Below are positions 14,085 through 26,291 of a stretch of 64,000 nt of DNA, one piece after another. Made by a program: the position numbers and the translations under genes. Source of the DNA: Macrostomum lignano (taxonomy: Eukaryota); NCBI GenBank assembly GCA_002269645.1, contig NIVC01000839.1, positions 371,110 to 435,109 of the forward strand. The letters are read 5' to 3'. Positions within the stretch are counted from its first letter, which is position 1; every line of letters begins with the position of its first letter. The notes under the pieces are model-generated. The model saw only the letters and a list, made by a program, of their open reading frames with translations, was not told the origin of the DNA and did no database searches.

Positions 14085-14550
14085 CACCAAAATGAGTGCC
14101 TGCGGCGCTAAAATGAGTGCCTGCGGCGCTAAAATGAGTGCCTGCGGCGCTAAAATGAGTGCCTGCGGCGCTAAAATGAGTGCCTGCGGCGCCAAAATGA
14201 GTGCCTGCGGCGCTAAAATGAGTGCCTGCGGCGCTAAAATGAGTGCCTGCGGCGCCAAAATGAGTGCCTGCGGCGCTAAAATGAGTGCCTGCGGCGCTAA
14301 AATGAGTGCCTGCGGCGCCAAAATGAGTGCCTGCGGCGCTAAAATGAGTGCCTGCGGCGCCAAAATGAGTGCCTGCGGCGCTAAAATGAGTGCCTGCGGC
14401 GCTAAAATGAGTGCCTGCGGCGCCAAAATGAGTGCCTGCGGCGCCAAAACGAGTGCCTGCGGCGCCAAAATGAGTGCCTACAGCGCTAAAATGGTGCCTG
14501 CGGCGCTAAAATGGTGCCTGCGGCGCTAAAATGATTGCCTGCGGCGCCAA
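14085..14550 (+). repeat. 21-bp minisatellite (aaaatgagtgcctgcggcgct), same family as 12575-13378 but inverted
   Basis: The unit is the reverse complement of the left-array variant agcgccgcaggcactcatttt. Confidence 0.95.
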
Positions 14551-15334
14551 AGTGCAGATCGATAAGAACACCGATTCGGAAATATTGTACATGCAGGAAT
14601 TTATTCACACGGGGTGCATTGGGGTTGGGGTGTACCTGAATTTCTAATCCTCAGGCATGTACACTCTCTGCTAATTGGAGGTTAGACCTCATGGGCAATA
14701 AATCGCAGGACAACCCCCATATGCAGGGCCAATTTTCGTGCCCCAAAACACATTTGGCCGCCACTCAAGGCTTGGGAAAATCCTTAGGGGAATTCTCCGA
14801 TTCGCAGTGTAGGATTTAATCCGTGTGAGAAAAAAACTGAAGTACATTAGTGCCATAATACTCTGTACTAATCAGCTACTGCCTACATGTAGTACGATGT
14901 GCTGAACAAATATTTTATAAAAACAGCCTTGCTCTTTGCTTACCTCTTGGATTCAGCTTAGTTCCTCAAATGAGATACTGACACACGCACACTTTTAAGC
15001 GAGACTGAAGGTTTTGGAGGAAAGGGGCTTCCAGCAGTGCTGATGCTGTGCGAACAAGTGGGATGATGTGAAGCATGACAGATGCTTTATTAAATGCTAC
15101 CAACCAACCAACCAAAGCGACCTAGCAACAGACATGTCCCAATCCAGCCAAGCTCTCTGATTGGTTCATTCGCGTATTCACATTTGAGACAGATTTTTGC
15201 TATATGTGACAGCGGGTGAAAATTCAATAGAAAATATGTGAGTTTTAACCCACAACGAGTCGTACAATGTACGTGTTGTACTACAGATTAAAACAAATAA
15301 CTTTAGTCAGTTACTAGCTGATTTCAGAAAATCA

Positions 15335-15572
15335 CCCCAGGAACGGTTTTCTAGGTACTAATTTAAACAAATCACTCCCGTGCCGTATTTCTAGTCACTG
15401 ATTTAAACAAATCACTCTTGGAACGTGTTTCTAGTCACTGATTTAAACAAATCAGTCTTGGAACGTATTTCTAGTCACTGATTTAAACAATCACTTTTGG
15501 AACGTGTTTCTAGTCACTGATTTAAACAAATCACTCTTGGAACGTGTTTCTAGTCACTGATTTAAACAAATC
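15335..15572. repeat. 40-bp minisatellite, about 6 copies
   Basis: ctagtcactgatttaaacaaatcactcttggaacgtgttt at 15391, 15431, 15471, 15510 and 15550. Confidence 0.9.
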
Positions 15573-15870
15573 TTTCGCCTCTGTACAAAACTGCAGCTCG
15601 TATGTGCACTTTTACAAGGTGTACTTTTCTGTAATTTTCTGTACTTTTTACGAGGTATTTCGTAGTCGATAGGCTACTTTACATTTAGGCCGACTGTACT
15701 TTCGTAAAACTAGGTTGGGAATTAATCTCAACTAATTTTATATCAGCACGTTCTAGGCGCGAAAGAAATCCAATACTAAGACTAATGGTTGTTTTCCTGT
15801 TGCTGGGAATTCTCATTAGAAAAGGGGAGATTTTTGGCTGAGCCATTAAGTCTCATAAATTTTTTCTCAG

Positions 15871-18629
15871 TTCAGGCCGAGTTTTCGCCGTCGCTCATGC
15901 TTCTCTTGATTATACCGAACCCGGAAATTTCCTCAGGTAAAGATGAAAACCGGTGATTTTTGAGACTAGAAAATCTGAGAGAGACATATCATTTCCCTTT
16001 CAGATTGCTCGGATCTGCCTCTCAGCTCTCTCTCAGTCATTGAATCTGCCTCTCCGCTCTCCTCCCTTCAGTCACTGAATCTGCCTCTCCGCTCTCTTTC
16101 ACTCACTGAATCTGCCTCTCTGCTCTCTTTCACTCACTGAATCTGCCTCTCCGCTCTCTTTCACTCACTGAATCTGCCTCTCTGCTCTCTTTCACTCACT
16201 GAATCTGCCTCTCCACTCGCTTTCACTCACTGAATCTACCTCTCTGCTCTCTTTCACTCACTGAATCTACCTCTCTGCTCTCTTTCACTCACTGAATCTG
16301 CCTCTCTGCTCTCTTTCACTCACTGAATCTACCTCTCTGCTCTCTTTCACTCACTGAATCTACCTCTCTGCTCTCTTTCACTCACTGAATCTGCCTCTCT
16401 GCTCTCTTTCACTCACTGAATCTGCCTCTCTGCTCTCTTTCACTCACTGAATCTGCCTCTCTGCTCTCTTTCACTCACTGAATCTACCTCTCTGCTCTCT
16501 TTCACTCACTGAATCTGCCTCTCTGCTCTCTTTCACTCACTGAATCTGCCTCTCTGCTCTCTTTCACTCACTGAATCTGCCTCTCTGCTCTCTTTCACTC
16601 ACTGAATCTGCCTCTCTGCTCTCTTTCACTCACTGAATCTACCTCTCTGCTCTCTTTCACTCACTGAATCTGCCTCTCTGCTCTCTTTCACTCACTGAAT
16701 CTGCCTCTCTGCTCTCTTTCACTCACTGAATCTGCCTCTCTGCTCTCTTTCACTCACTGAATCTGCCTCTCTGCTCTCTTTCACTCACTGAATCTGCCTC
16801 TCTGCTCTCTTTCACTCACTGAATCTGCCTCTCTGCTCTCTTTCACTCACTGAATCTACCTCTCTGCTCTCTTTCACTCACTGAATCTACCTCTCTGCTC
16901 TCTTTCACTCACTGAATCTGCCTCTCTGCTCTCTTTCACTCACTGAATCTGCCTCTCTGCTCTCTTTCACTCACTGAATCTGCCTCTCTGCTCTCTTTCA
17001 CTCACTGAATCTGCCTCTCCGCTCTCTTTCAGTCATTGAATCTGCCTCTCCACTCGCTTTCACTCACTGAATCTACCTCTCTGCTCTCTTTCACTCACTG
17101 AATCTGCCTCTCTGCTCTCTTTCACTCACTGAATCTGCCTCTCTGCTCTCTTTCACTCACTGAATCTGCCTCTCTGCTCTCTTTCACTCACTGAATCTGC
17201 CTCTCTGCTCTCTTTCACTCACTGAATCTGCCTCTCCGCTCTCTTTCAGTCATTGAATCTGCCTCTCCACTCGCTTTCACTCACTGAATCTACCTCTCTG
17301 CTCTCTTTCACTCACTGAATCTGCCTCTCTGCTCTCTTTCACTCACTGAATCTGCCTCTCCGCTCTCTTTCACTCACTGAATCTGCCTCTCCGCTCTCTT
17401 TCACTCACTGAATCTGCCTCTCTGCTCTCTTTCACTCACTGAATCTGCCTCTCTGCTCTCTTTCACTCACTGAATCTGCCTCTCCGCTCTCTTTCAGTCA
17501 TTGAATCTGCCTCTCCACTCGCTTTCACTCACTGAATCTACCTCTCTGCTCTCTTTCACTCACTGAATCTGCCTCTCTGCTCTCTTTCACTCACTGAATC
17601 TGCCTCTCTGCTCTCTTTCACTCACTGAATCTACCTCTCTGCTCTCTTTCACTCACTGAATCTACCTCTCTGCTCTCTTTCACTCACTGAATCTGCCTCT
17701 CTGCTCTCTTTCACTCACTGAATCTGCCTCTCTGCTCTCTTTCACTCACTGAATCTGCCTCTCTGCTCTCTTTCACTCACTGAATCTGCCTCTCCGCTCT
17801 CTTTCACTCACTGAATCTGCCTCTCTGCTCTCTTTCACTCACTGAATCTGCCTCTCTGCTCTCTTTCACTCACTGAATCTGCCTCTCTGCTCTCTTTCAC
17901 TCACTGAATCTGCCTCTCCGCTCTCTTTCAGTCATTGAATCTGCCTCTCCACTCGCTTTCACTCACTGAATCTACCTCTCTGCTCTCTTTCACTCACTGA
18001 ATCTGCCTCTCTGCTCTCTTTCACTCACTGAATCTGCCTCTCTGCTCTCTTTCACTCACTGAATCTGCCTCTCCGCTCTCTTTCACTCACTGAATCTGCC
18101 TCTCCGCTCTCTTTCAGTCATTGAATCTGCCTCTCCACTCTCTTTCAGTCATTGAATCTGCCTCTCCACTCTCTTTCAGTCATTGAATCTGCCTCTCCAC
18201 TCTCTTTCAGTCATTGAATCTGCCTCTCCACTCTCTTTCAGTCATTGAATCTTGTTCTTGAAAGCACATCTGAATTTCTAGCGCAGTTTTTCTAATTTTT
18301 CAGAAGCAATTTCTCGAATGTCCTGCCTTCATTATCGGTAGAAATTTTGAAAAAAATCAGAACCATAAAAGCTTGCATTGACCTTTCCAACACATCCCCA
18401 GCGAATTTCTATATCTTCTGTGCTTCCTTCGGCCAAGTCATTCGATTTTCTTCAGGCAACAAAGAAGTTTCAGAAAGCCATAAAAGAAGACTATACAGAC
18501 AATGGTTTTTTTCAGGCAGCAATGAGGCGCATTCCGTGGCTCTGCAAATCTTGTACCATCGGAGGAGCCAAGGGACGTCGTGCTCTGCAGCAGCTGATGC
18601 AGCAGCAGCAGTTTGCGTGCCAGAATTAA
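15871..18629 (+). CDS. Tentative small spliced gene of unknown product (partial)
   Basis: Candidate exons 15871-15936 (ttctcag / gtaaag), 18304-18337 (ctaatttttcag / gtagaa) and 18456-18629 join in phase. They give SGRVFAVAHASLDYTEPGNFLRSNFSNVLPSLSATKKFQKAIKEDY...QQQQFACQN*. No start codon or homology was identified. Confidence 0.25.
16012..18252 (+). repeat. 31-bp minisatellite, about 72 copies
   Basis: Unit cactcactgaatctgcctctctgctctcttt with periodic variants. Confidence 0.97.
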
Positions 18630-19433
18630 TTGAGGGAAAAAGCAGGAAAACAAGAAGCAAGCAACTTCAAGCCTGACAGGTATATAAATACACTTGCGCG
18701 AGCGGCTCGAAGCTTCAGGTCCCCCGGGTAGCTGGGCCACTGCTAATCAGATAATAACTAGCATGGACTAGCGCTGAATCACGGGTTAGATAGATAATCT
18801 CCTAGAGGATAGAGGTCTAACTATAAGGCAATTAGCGCAGGAGGGTATACTGCATGAGACACATTGACATCAATTGGAATGAAGGGTTATGAAATTAAGC
18901 AAGTCTAAATCAATTTTAAGAGACCCATCAGATGGACTACCCCTATAGTTGTAACCTTTTCTCTTCTCGCCCTTAGGGAGCAAATTTAATATTAATTGAA
19001 AAATCTGCATTCTAATCAGGCATATAAAACAGGGAATTGGAATCTTTGTGCCAAGATTAATTAAATTTGCACACGAGATGCCCTTTGGGGCGCTGCGTGA
19101 TGTGATGAAGATTCTGGTGCACTAATCTCTAAGCTGATTCGAGATAAGAGCATTTTTTATTAAAAGCAGAAAAGCTAGGTGTTCCACAATCGAGACAGAT
19201 TTAGAGGGCTGGTTTGAGGCAAATTCAAAGACTGAGGTAGGGAGAAGACGCTAGCAATGGAGCATTAGATTGTAAATATATTGATGTAGAATCTGTAAGC
19301 ATAGCGCTTACTGAAAGAAGCATACGATATGACATTCATTTAACCCATTGACGCTCATTTCAAAGCAATTCTTTCACCTCTCTGCAAACTGCTCGTGTTA
19401 TGCACTCATTATGCTACTAACAAGTAGCACGGC

Positions 19434-20251
<818 letters not shown>

Positions 20252-20924
20252 CTGATTAAGAGCATGCTAATTAAAATCAACAAGAATAGCTTTCAGGTTT
20301 ATGTCAAACTTCTCAACCTGCTTGTACAACAAGAGGATTAAGCAGCTCTCTCTCAAATCCTCACTGTCGCTTGCACACAAGCCTGTCATTTTTCTTTCCC
20401 CTTTTCAATATCCCCGGAATCTTGATCGCCTAAAATAAGCCCCAACGCACCTGAAGGCCTCACTCGGTCCTCAGCTGCTCCAGAGCACACTTCCTAATAA
20501 TATCACTCTTATCTCCGCTGGGGCCGCGACCAGCCCCTGTTCCCAAATTTAAAATGTTGTATCACTCTAAGCTCACGTCAGCTCTGTCGCAGCTTATTCG
20601 CCTAAATTTTAGCATAAAAATAGAAATAGGCAGTTTCCTAGCCTACCTCAATCCCGAATTCAATCTGGATTTACCAATCCATGGGCGAGCAGATGTGAAA
20701 CTTAATCCGCTTTAATACCGGAATATACGATTACGAGTATAAACTGCTCTTGTTTCACAAGTACAGTCAAGTGAAGCGATAAACAAAACTAGAGTGGATG
20801 CTGAGGCGAAGAGAAAAGGGGGATGAGAAGGAGAGGATGGAGAAAATGGGAAAGAGGAGAGGGTGGAGCCTGGGGGAGTGGAGTACAGTGTGTACCTCTA
20901 AGAATTGATTGTGGGGAATAAATA

Positions 20925-21600
20925 AGGGAGAGCGGAGGGGAGATCGGAGGGGAGAGCGGAGGGGAGAGCGGAGGGGAGAGCGGAGGGGAGAGCGGAGGGG
21001 AGAGCGGAGGGGAGAGCGGAGGGGAGAGCGGAGGGGAGAGCGGAGGGGGGAAGTAGAGAGGAGAGAGGGGAGAGGAGAGAGGGGAGAGGAGAGAGGGGAG
21101 AGGAGAGAGGGGAGAGGAGAGAGGGGAGAGGAGAGAGGGGAGAAGAGAGAGGGGAGAGGAGAGAGGGGAGAAGAGAGAGGGGAGAGGAGAGAGGGGAGAG
21201 GAGAGAGGGGAGAAGAGAGAGGGGAGAGGAGAGAGGGGAGAGGAGAGAGGGGAGAGGAGAGAGGGGAGAGGAGAGGGGGAGAGGAGAGAGGGGAGAGGAG
21301 AGAGGAGAGAGCGGAGAGGAGAGAGGAGAGAGGAGAGAGAGGAGAGGAGAGAAGGAAAATGGGAGAGTAGAGAGGAGAGAGGGGAGAAGAGAGAAGTGAG
21401 AGGGGAGAGGGGAGAGCAGGAGAGAAAGGAAGGAGAGAGCGTAGAGTAGAGGGGAGAGGGGGGAGTGGAGGGGAGAGGGGAGTGTAGAGAGTGAGGATTG
21501 GAGAGTGAAGAACGGGGGGAAGTAAATAATAGAGAGTGGAGAGGAGAGCGGGAGAGGGAAGAGGGGAGAGTGGAGAGCGGAGACGGAAGGAGTGTGGACT
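20925..21600. repeat. Purine-rich repeats (12-bp ggggagagcgga, then 21-bp GA-rich units, then degenerate)
   Basis: Direct reading. The RGE- and SPL-rich ORFs are artefacts. Confidence 0.9.
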
Positions 21601-21679
21601 CTGGAGAGAACGGATCAGCGGAAGTACGTGTAAGCAATAACCGTTGAAGAGACGAGGGAGACAGGTGATAGGTGATGAG

Positions 21680-22709
21680 TAGGGATGTCGATTCCCCGGG
21701 GAATTTTCTTATCGGGGACCCCGGGGAATTTACTGTCATTCCCCGGGGACCACGGGGAAAAGAAAATGTAAGTAAAAAACGGCGGACAACTTAGATCCTA
21801 GGTGGCATTTTTTTTAAATTTGATTAAAGCTTTGGACTACATGTCCAAAGGTCTTGTCATTATTTTAAATGTTTTTTTCCAATAAGACCAATTTAACAAG
21901 AAAAATAGATTAATGCTTCGTTAGAGCAGCATGTGAGGCACAAAATAGTGTGATTACACCTTTCTCTGGCATTGTTAAGAGACCCAATCACTGTTTTAGT
22001 GTTGAAAATCGTGAAATTTTCTATCTCCGTAGTGTACTTTTCCGGTGAAACCTGCCTTTAAAACTATTTCTGAACAAATATTTCTGAATATCGATAGAGC
22101 AATAAGAAAGGCTGACATATCAAAAGATGAACACTGGATCTGCCTCCTATCAAAAGCAATAACAATTTTTGTGCTGAAAAAAATTAAAACCTCCTGTCTC
22201 TGTAGTGTATTTTTCGGCGAAAAGTTGCCTTCAAAACAATTACCATATAGATTTCGAGTGTTGCGTCGAGTGTTGCGTTATTACATGTGTATGACATTGT
22301 ATGACGTTGTTATTTTGTTATTGAATGACACACCCAATGCGTCAGTGACTGACGCAGGACGCAGCGCTGCGCCTGCGCCTGCGTCAAATGCGTCAAGCCG
22401 TCAACGCAGACCAACACAATAGTTAGGTAAGGCTTCTTTTTCCTGACGGGTTTTTATGTGTAATTCGTCTGATTGAGAGACTCCTAGTGAAAAAACACAT
22501 TCAAACGTGTGTTGTGTTTGAATTTGTGTTTGACATTGGAATAAGCAATTATGCAGTAAAAGAGCATAAACATAGTTTCAATAATCTTCTTATTTAAATG
22601 GCAAAAATTAAGTTACAAATGCATTTTTTTCATGTTTTTCTCCCCGAGGTCCACGGTCTAATTCCCCGGGGACTATTCCCCGACAAGCTCCCCGGGGTCG
22701 ACATCCCTA
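21680..22709. mobile_element. Non-autonomous hAT-type DNA transposon (1030 bp)
   Basis: Perfect 12-bp TIR TAGGGATGTCGA / TCGACATCCCTA. 8-bp TSD GTGATGAG at 21672-21679 and 22710-22717, typical of hAT. Multiple subterminal CCCCGGGG motifs at both ends. Confidence 0.9.
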
Positions 22710-22899
22710 GTGATGAGAGATGGAAGAAGAGACAATAAGGATTAGTCTGTGTAAATGCGTATACCTATACGGTTGCTTGGGCCGTGACAAAAACACTGTT
22801 AATACTGTTAATACGGGTCTCTTGCCGATATAAATGTGAGTATATATTATTTATTAATAATAGATGACGCATATTTCCTATCGTAGCTTCACTCCAATG

Positions 22900-23175
22900 G
22901 GCATACATGCGCAACCCCCCTGATTTACACTGGCCATGCGACTTAATTTTTGACAAAAAATGCGACTTACCTGTGAAAGAAACCCTAAAGCAACATTAAC
23001 GCAATTTTTGGTAAACGGCAGGAGTAACTATAAGTGTGTTATAAGGGATAAATACCTCGTCATCTAATTAGTGCTACGTCTGTATTCTTTGGGTATTTTT
23101 GCGACCTACCCCTGGTCCACCACAATTTACAGTGGCCAGATCGGCCAGGTCGGCCAGCAGTTGCGCATGTATGCC
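22900..23175. mobile_element. MITE, 276 bp
   Basis: Perfect 16-bp TIR GGCATACATGCGCAAC / GTTGCGCATGTATGCC, flanked by AATG on both sides. Confidence 0.8.
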
Positions 23176-23989
23176 AATGGGGAGCTTGAGTAGTCCGCAA
23201 TATACTAAAAATATATGTTAGCAATGTGCAAAGCATATTTGGAAACTAAACTTGGAGTGTTTCATTTGGAAATGATGGGGTAGAGAGTAGAGACGAGATA
23301 GAGCAGTGGACCGTGGGCCGTTGCATGAAACTACTTATCTAGCTACTGGCATAAATGAATACAGCAAAGCAATTATTTCCGATCCTCTTATACTTTGGAA
23401 GTAGAACTGCAAAACTTATTCAATGCTGAGCGCACAGAAATATGATTCAGATTTTCTATGGCATGGCATGCCATATCAAAGCTAATACGAGCGTAAAGGT
23501 TTTATTACGAATGGATGGTGAATAGAATAGTATCAATAAAAAATAAGGTTTTTCAAGCGGTAAGTAGGATAAAAATAATTATGCTTAATTAATATCTAGT
23601 GTCAATGTCAACCCTCAAAGCCAATTCCAGGTTCCAGATTGTATCCATGCGTAAAGTAATCGGTTTTTCTAATTATAGATCATAGCGTATATATTCGTCA
23701 TTCAATTTTAATTTGCGTAGAGGCGCAAAAACAAGGCAATGCGTGAGTGGATTGGCGGATGGGGTTGAAGCGGTCCACGTGTTTGAAGTGGAGGGGTGGC
23801 TATTGCGTACATACGGTGAAACGCGCATGTACATTTCAGTTCTGTGTACAAAGCTCCCCTCTCCCCCCTTTCGACAGAGTCTAACTGCCGGTCGTGGAGC
23901 TAAACTTTTATCGATCGTCCTCCAAATAGGAAAGTAGGGTGGAAGGAGGGAGGGGGCTGGGGGAGGCCCTAAACTCAGTTGAATTGGGC

Positions 23990-24075
23990 AGAAGGGGCGG
24001 GCGGGGCGTGGCGAACGGAGGGAATTCCCTCTCTATAGCAGCCAATGACGTCGGGTTTTAAGGCCCAATTCAAAC
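23990..24075 (+). promoter_or_regulatory. Probable core promoter of the Mxd/Mnt-like gene
   Basis: Clustered GC boxes (ggggcgggcggggcgtggc), CCAAT and CRE-like TGACGTC. They lie just upstream of a non-coding first exon ending at a gtgagt donor near 24174. Confidence 0.6.
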
Positions 24076-24311
24076 CAAGCCCACTCACCCGTTGCTTTTC
24101 TTGAATAAAGCGCCTTGTCCTTGTATATGCTGGGTGTATATGCGACACACGAGAAGAAAGGCCCACTGTATTTGTGAGTTTTTTGTTATGGTGGTAGTGA
24201 AGTCAACAAATTAATTTAAGTTTAGCTTGCCTTACCGACATTTTAATTTTTACAGGTAAACTTTTTTACAGATTATTAATATTTTAATCAAGTCAAAGGC
24301 AAGCTATTTTG

Positions 24312-26260
24312 ATGAAGCGTAACAACGACGGCCTAGTTCTTCTCTACGATGCGGCTATGCTATTAGAACAGCATAGTCTGGGACCAATCGGGCCTATTCC
24401 TATTGTCAATGCTAACCAAAGTTTCAGTAGCCATGGTATTGTTAAACGGTCGAGTAAAACCGCGGATACGGTGGAACGTGCTCATGGTTTAACACGTAAG
24501 TAATTGATTACCTTGTCCATTGTCCTTAATTCTTATATTACGTTTGTAAATAGCAAATTTCTTGCTACTACTGAGGAATACGACTCTTGACTTTAGGTAC
24601 TGCCAGTCAGCCATTACCGCAATCATTTCGAACAGCTCCAGGCTTTTATAGGCCTAATCATAATATTTCATTAACTGGCATCACCGCAGCGGCTATGCCC
24701 ATAGTTTCCATGGCAACAGATCCTACTCTACAACTGCGGCCTAATAACTATTGGTCTTTAGCTTCAACATCAACCATAGCAGCAGCAACAGCCAGTTCTG
24801 CATCAACATTTTCACCGAGTCCAACTAAACAGCGACTGTCTGCCACCACTATTCGAACAAGTCACAATGAGCTCGAAAAGATAAGGTAACTTTCTCTGCT
24901 GCCTACCCGCCGTGCGACTTAGTTTGCTCCTAGTGTATTAATATTCATTCAGTTTATTAGGAGGCCTACGCCTAGGCAGATCTGTCAGCTATCAATCAAG
25001 TTGGCTAAAGCTATCTCGTCTCCATTCTCGTCCGGTTTTCAACAAAGCCCAATGCCCCAATTGTTGTCACGTGTCTTCTAGCTTTGCCCTCATCATTTGA
25101 TTGACAGGACAGGCCGGTCATCTAATGCTCTCCTGCATGAGAGAGAAAGCCTGCTTCTGTCATTCAGTAATTTTATTTTTATGACTTTAATCAATCTAGT
25201 TATAATCAACTATTACTAATCCACTGGCTCTTCAATTCGTTTGAAATTTGAAGCATTGAATAATGATTGGGGCTAAAAATGTGAGAAAAATGCTGAAAAT
25301 CCTATGTTTTGATTGAGGATTCCTAGAATTACGTCCGGGGAAATTTGCGGGGATCAGAGTCCCAGAATCCCGAAATCCATATTCAGGCTATTAAAATTGG
25401 ACTTTAGGGGATCAGAATCCCAGAATCCATGCATATTCGGGCTGTGAAAATTGTAATTCAGGGGATCAGACTCCCAGAATTCATATTCGGGCTGTGTAAA
25501 TTGGAATTTAGGGGATCAGAATCCATATTCGGGCTGTGAAAATTGGACTTTAAGGGATCAGAATCCCAGAATCCATTAACATTCCTCACTAATCCCTCTA
25601 CTTTAATTTCCCGATATGCCAGGCGAGCCAAGCTGCGTACCAGTATCGACCAGCTGAAAAGCAGACTGCCGGCACTGCGAGGTCGAGTTACTATGCTCAC
25701 TGTGCTCAAACGCGCCTGCACTTTTGTGAAGGTTTGTGAAATTGAGAAATCTTTGAGAAACCAAATTCTGCAAAATATTTAATCCTTCAATTATATATTT
25801 ATGCTCCGCTCCGGTCAGGATTTGGAGCAGAAATCCGAGGAGCAGCGCGCCCAGCTTCGCCAGCTCGAACGCCGCCGCATGGAGCTGAAGATGCGGCGCG
25901 GCCAGCTGACGCGACTTCTGCGCCGATTAAAAAAACAGGCAGCGGACGCCGCTGGCGCTTCGTCGACTTCCAACGTTTCAGAGGCTGCCAAATCGTTTGG
26001 CGCAAAAAATTGCGGCCTCTGACTTCAGCAATGCCGTCGGTTGAAAGCGGCGACAAGTCCAGTTTTAAAGCCGCAGTCGCTTCTTCGAAACAGCCATCTG
26101 CTGCTACCGGACTGTCCTGGCTGGGCTCTGCGAGTAACGCTGGTCAGTGTCTGCCTGTGTCTGTCTGCCTGCCTGCCTGTCTGTCTGTCTGTGTGTCTGT
26201 CTGTGTCTGTCTGTCTGTCTGTCTGTCTGTCACTCTATATATCTATCACTATATCTATCC

Positions 26261-26291
<31 letters not shown>

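Noticed and set aside
12528-14529. MSVCGAK and LILAPQA repeat proteins
   Set aside because: They arise from a 21-bp stop-free unit that is open on both strands, with no unique domain.
22045-22422. ORF inside the hAT element as a transposase
   Set aside because: No BED finger, DDE or hATC motifs were recognised, and the element is too short.
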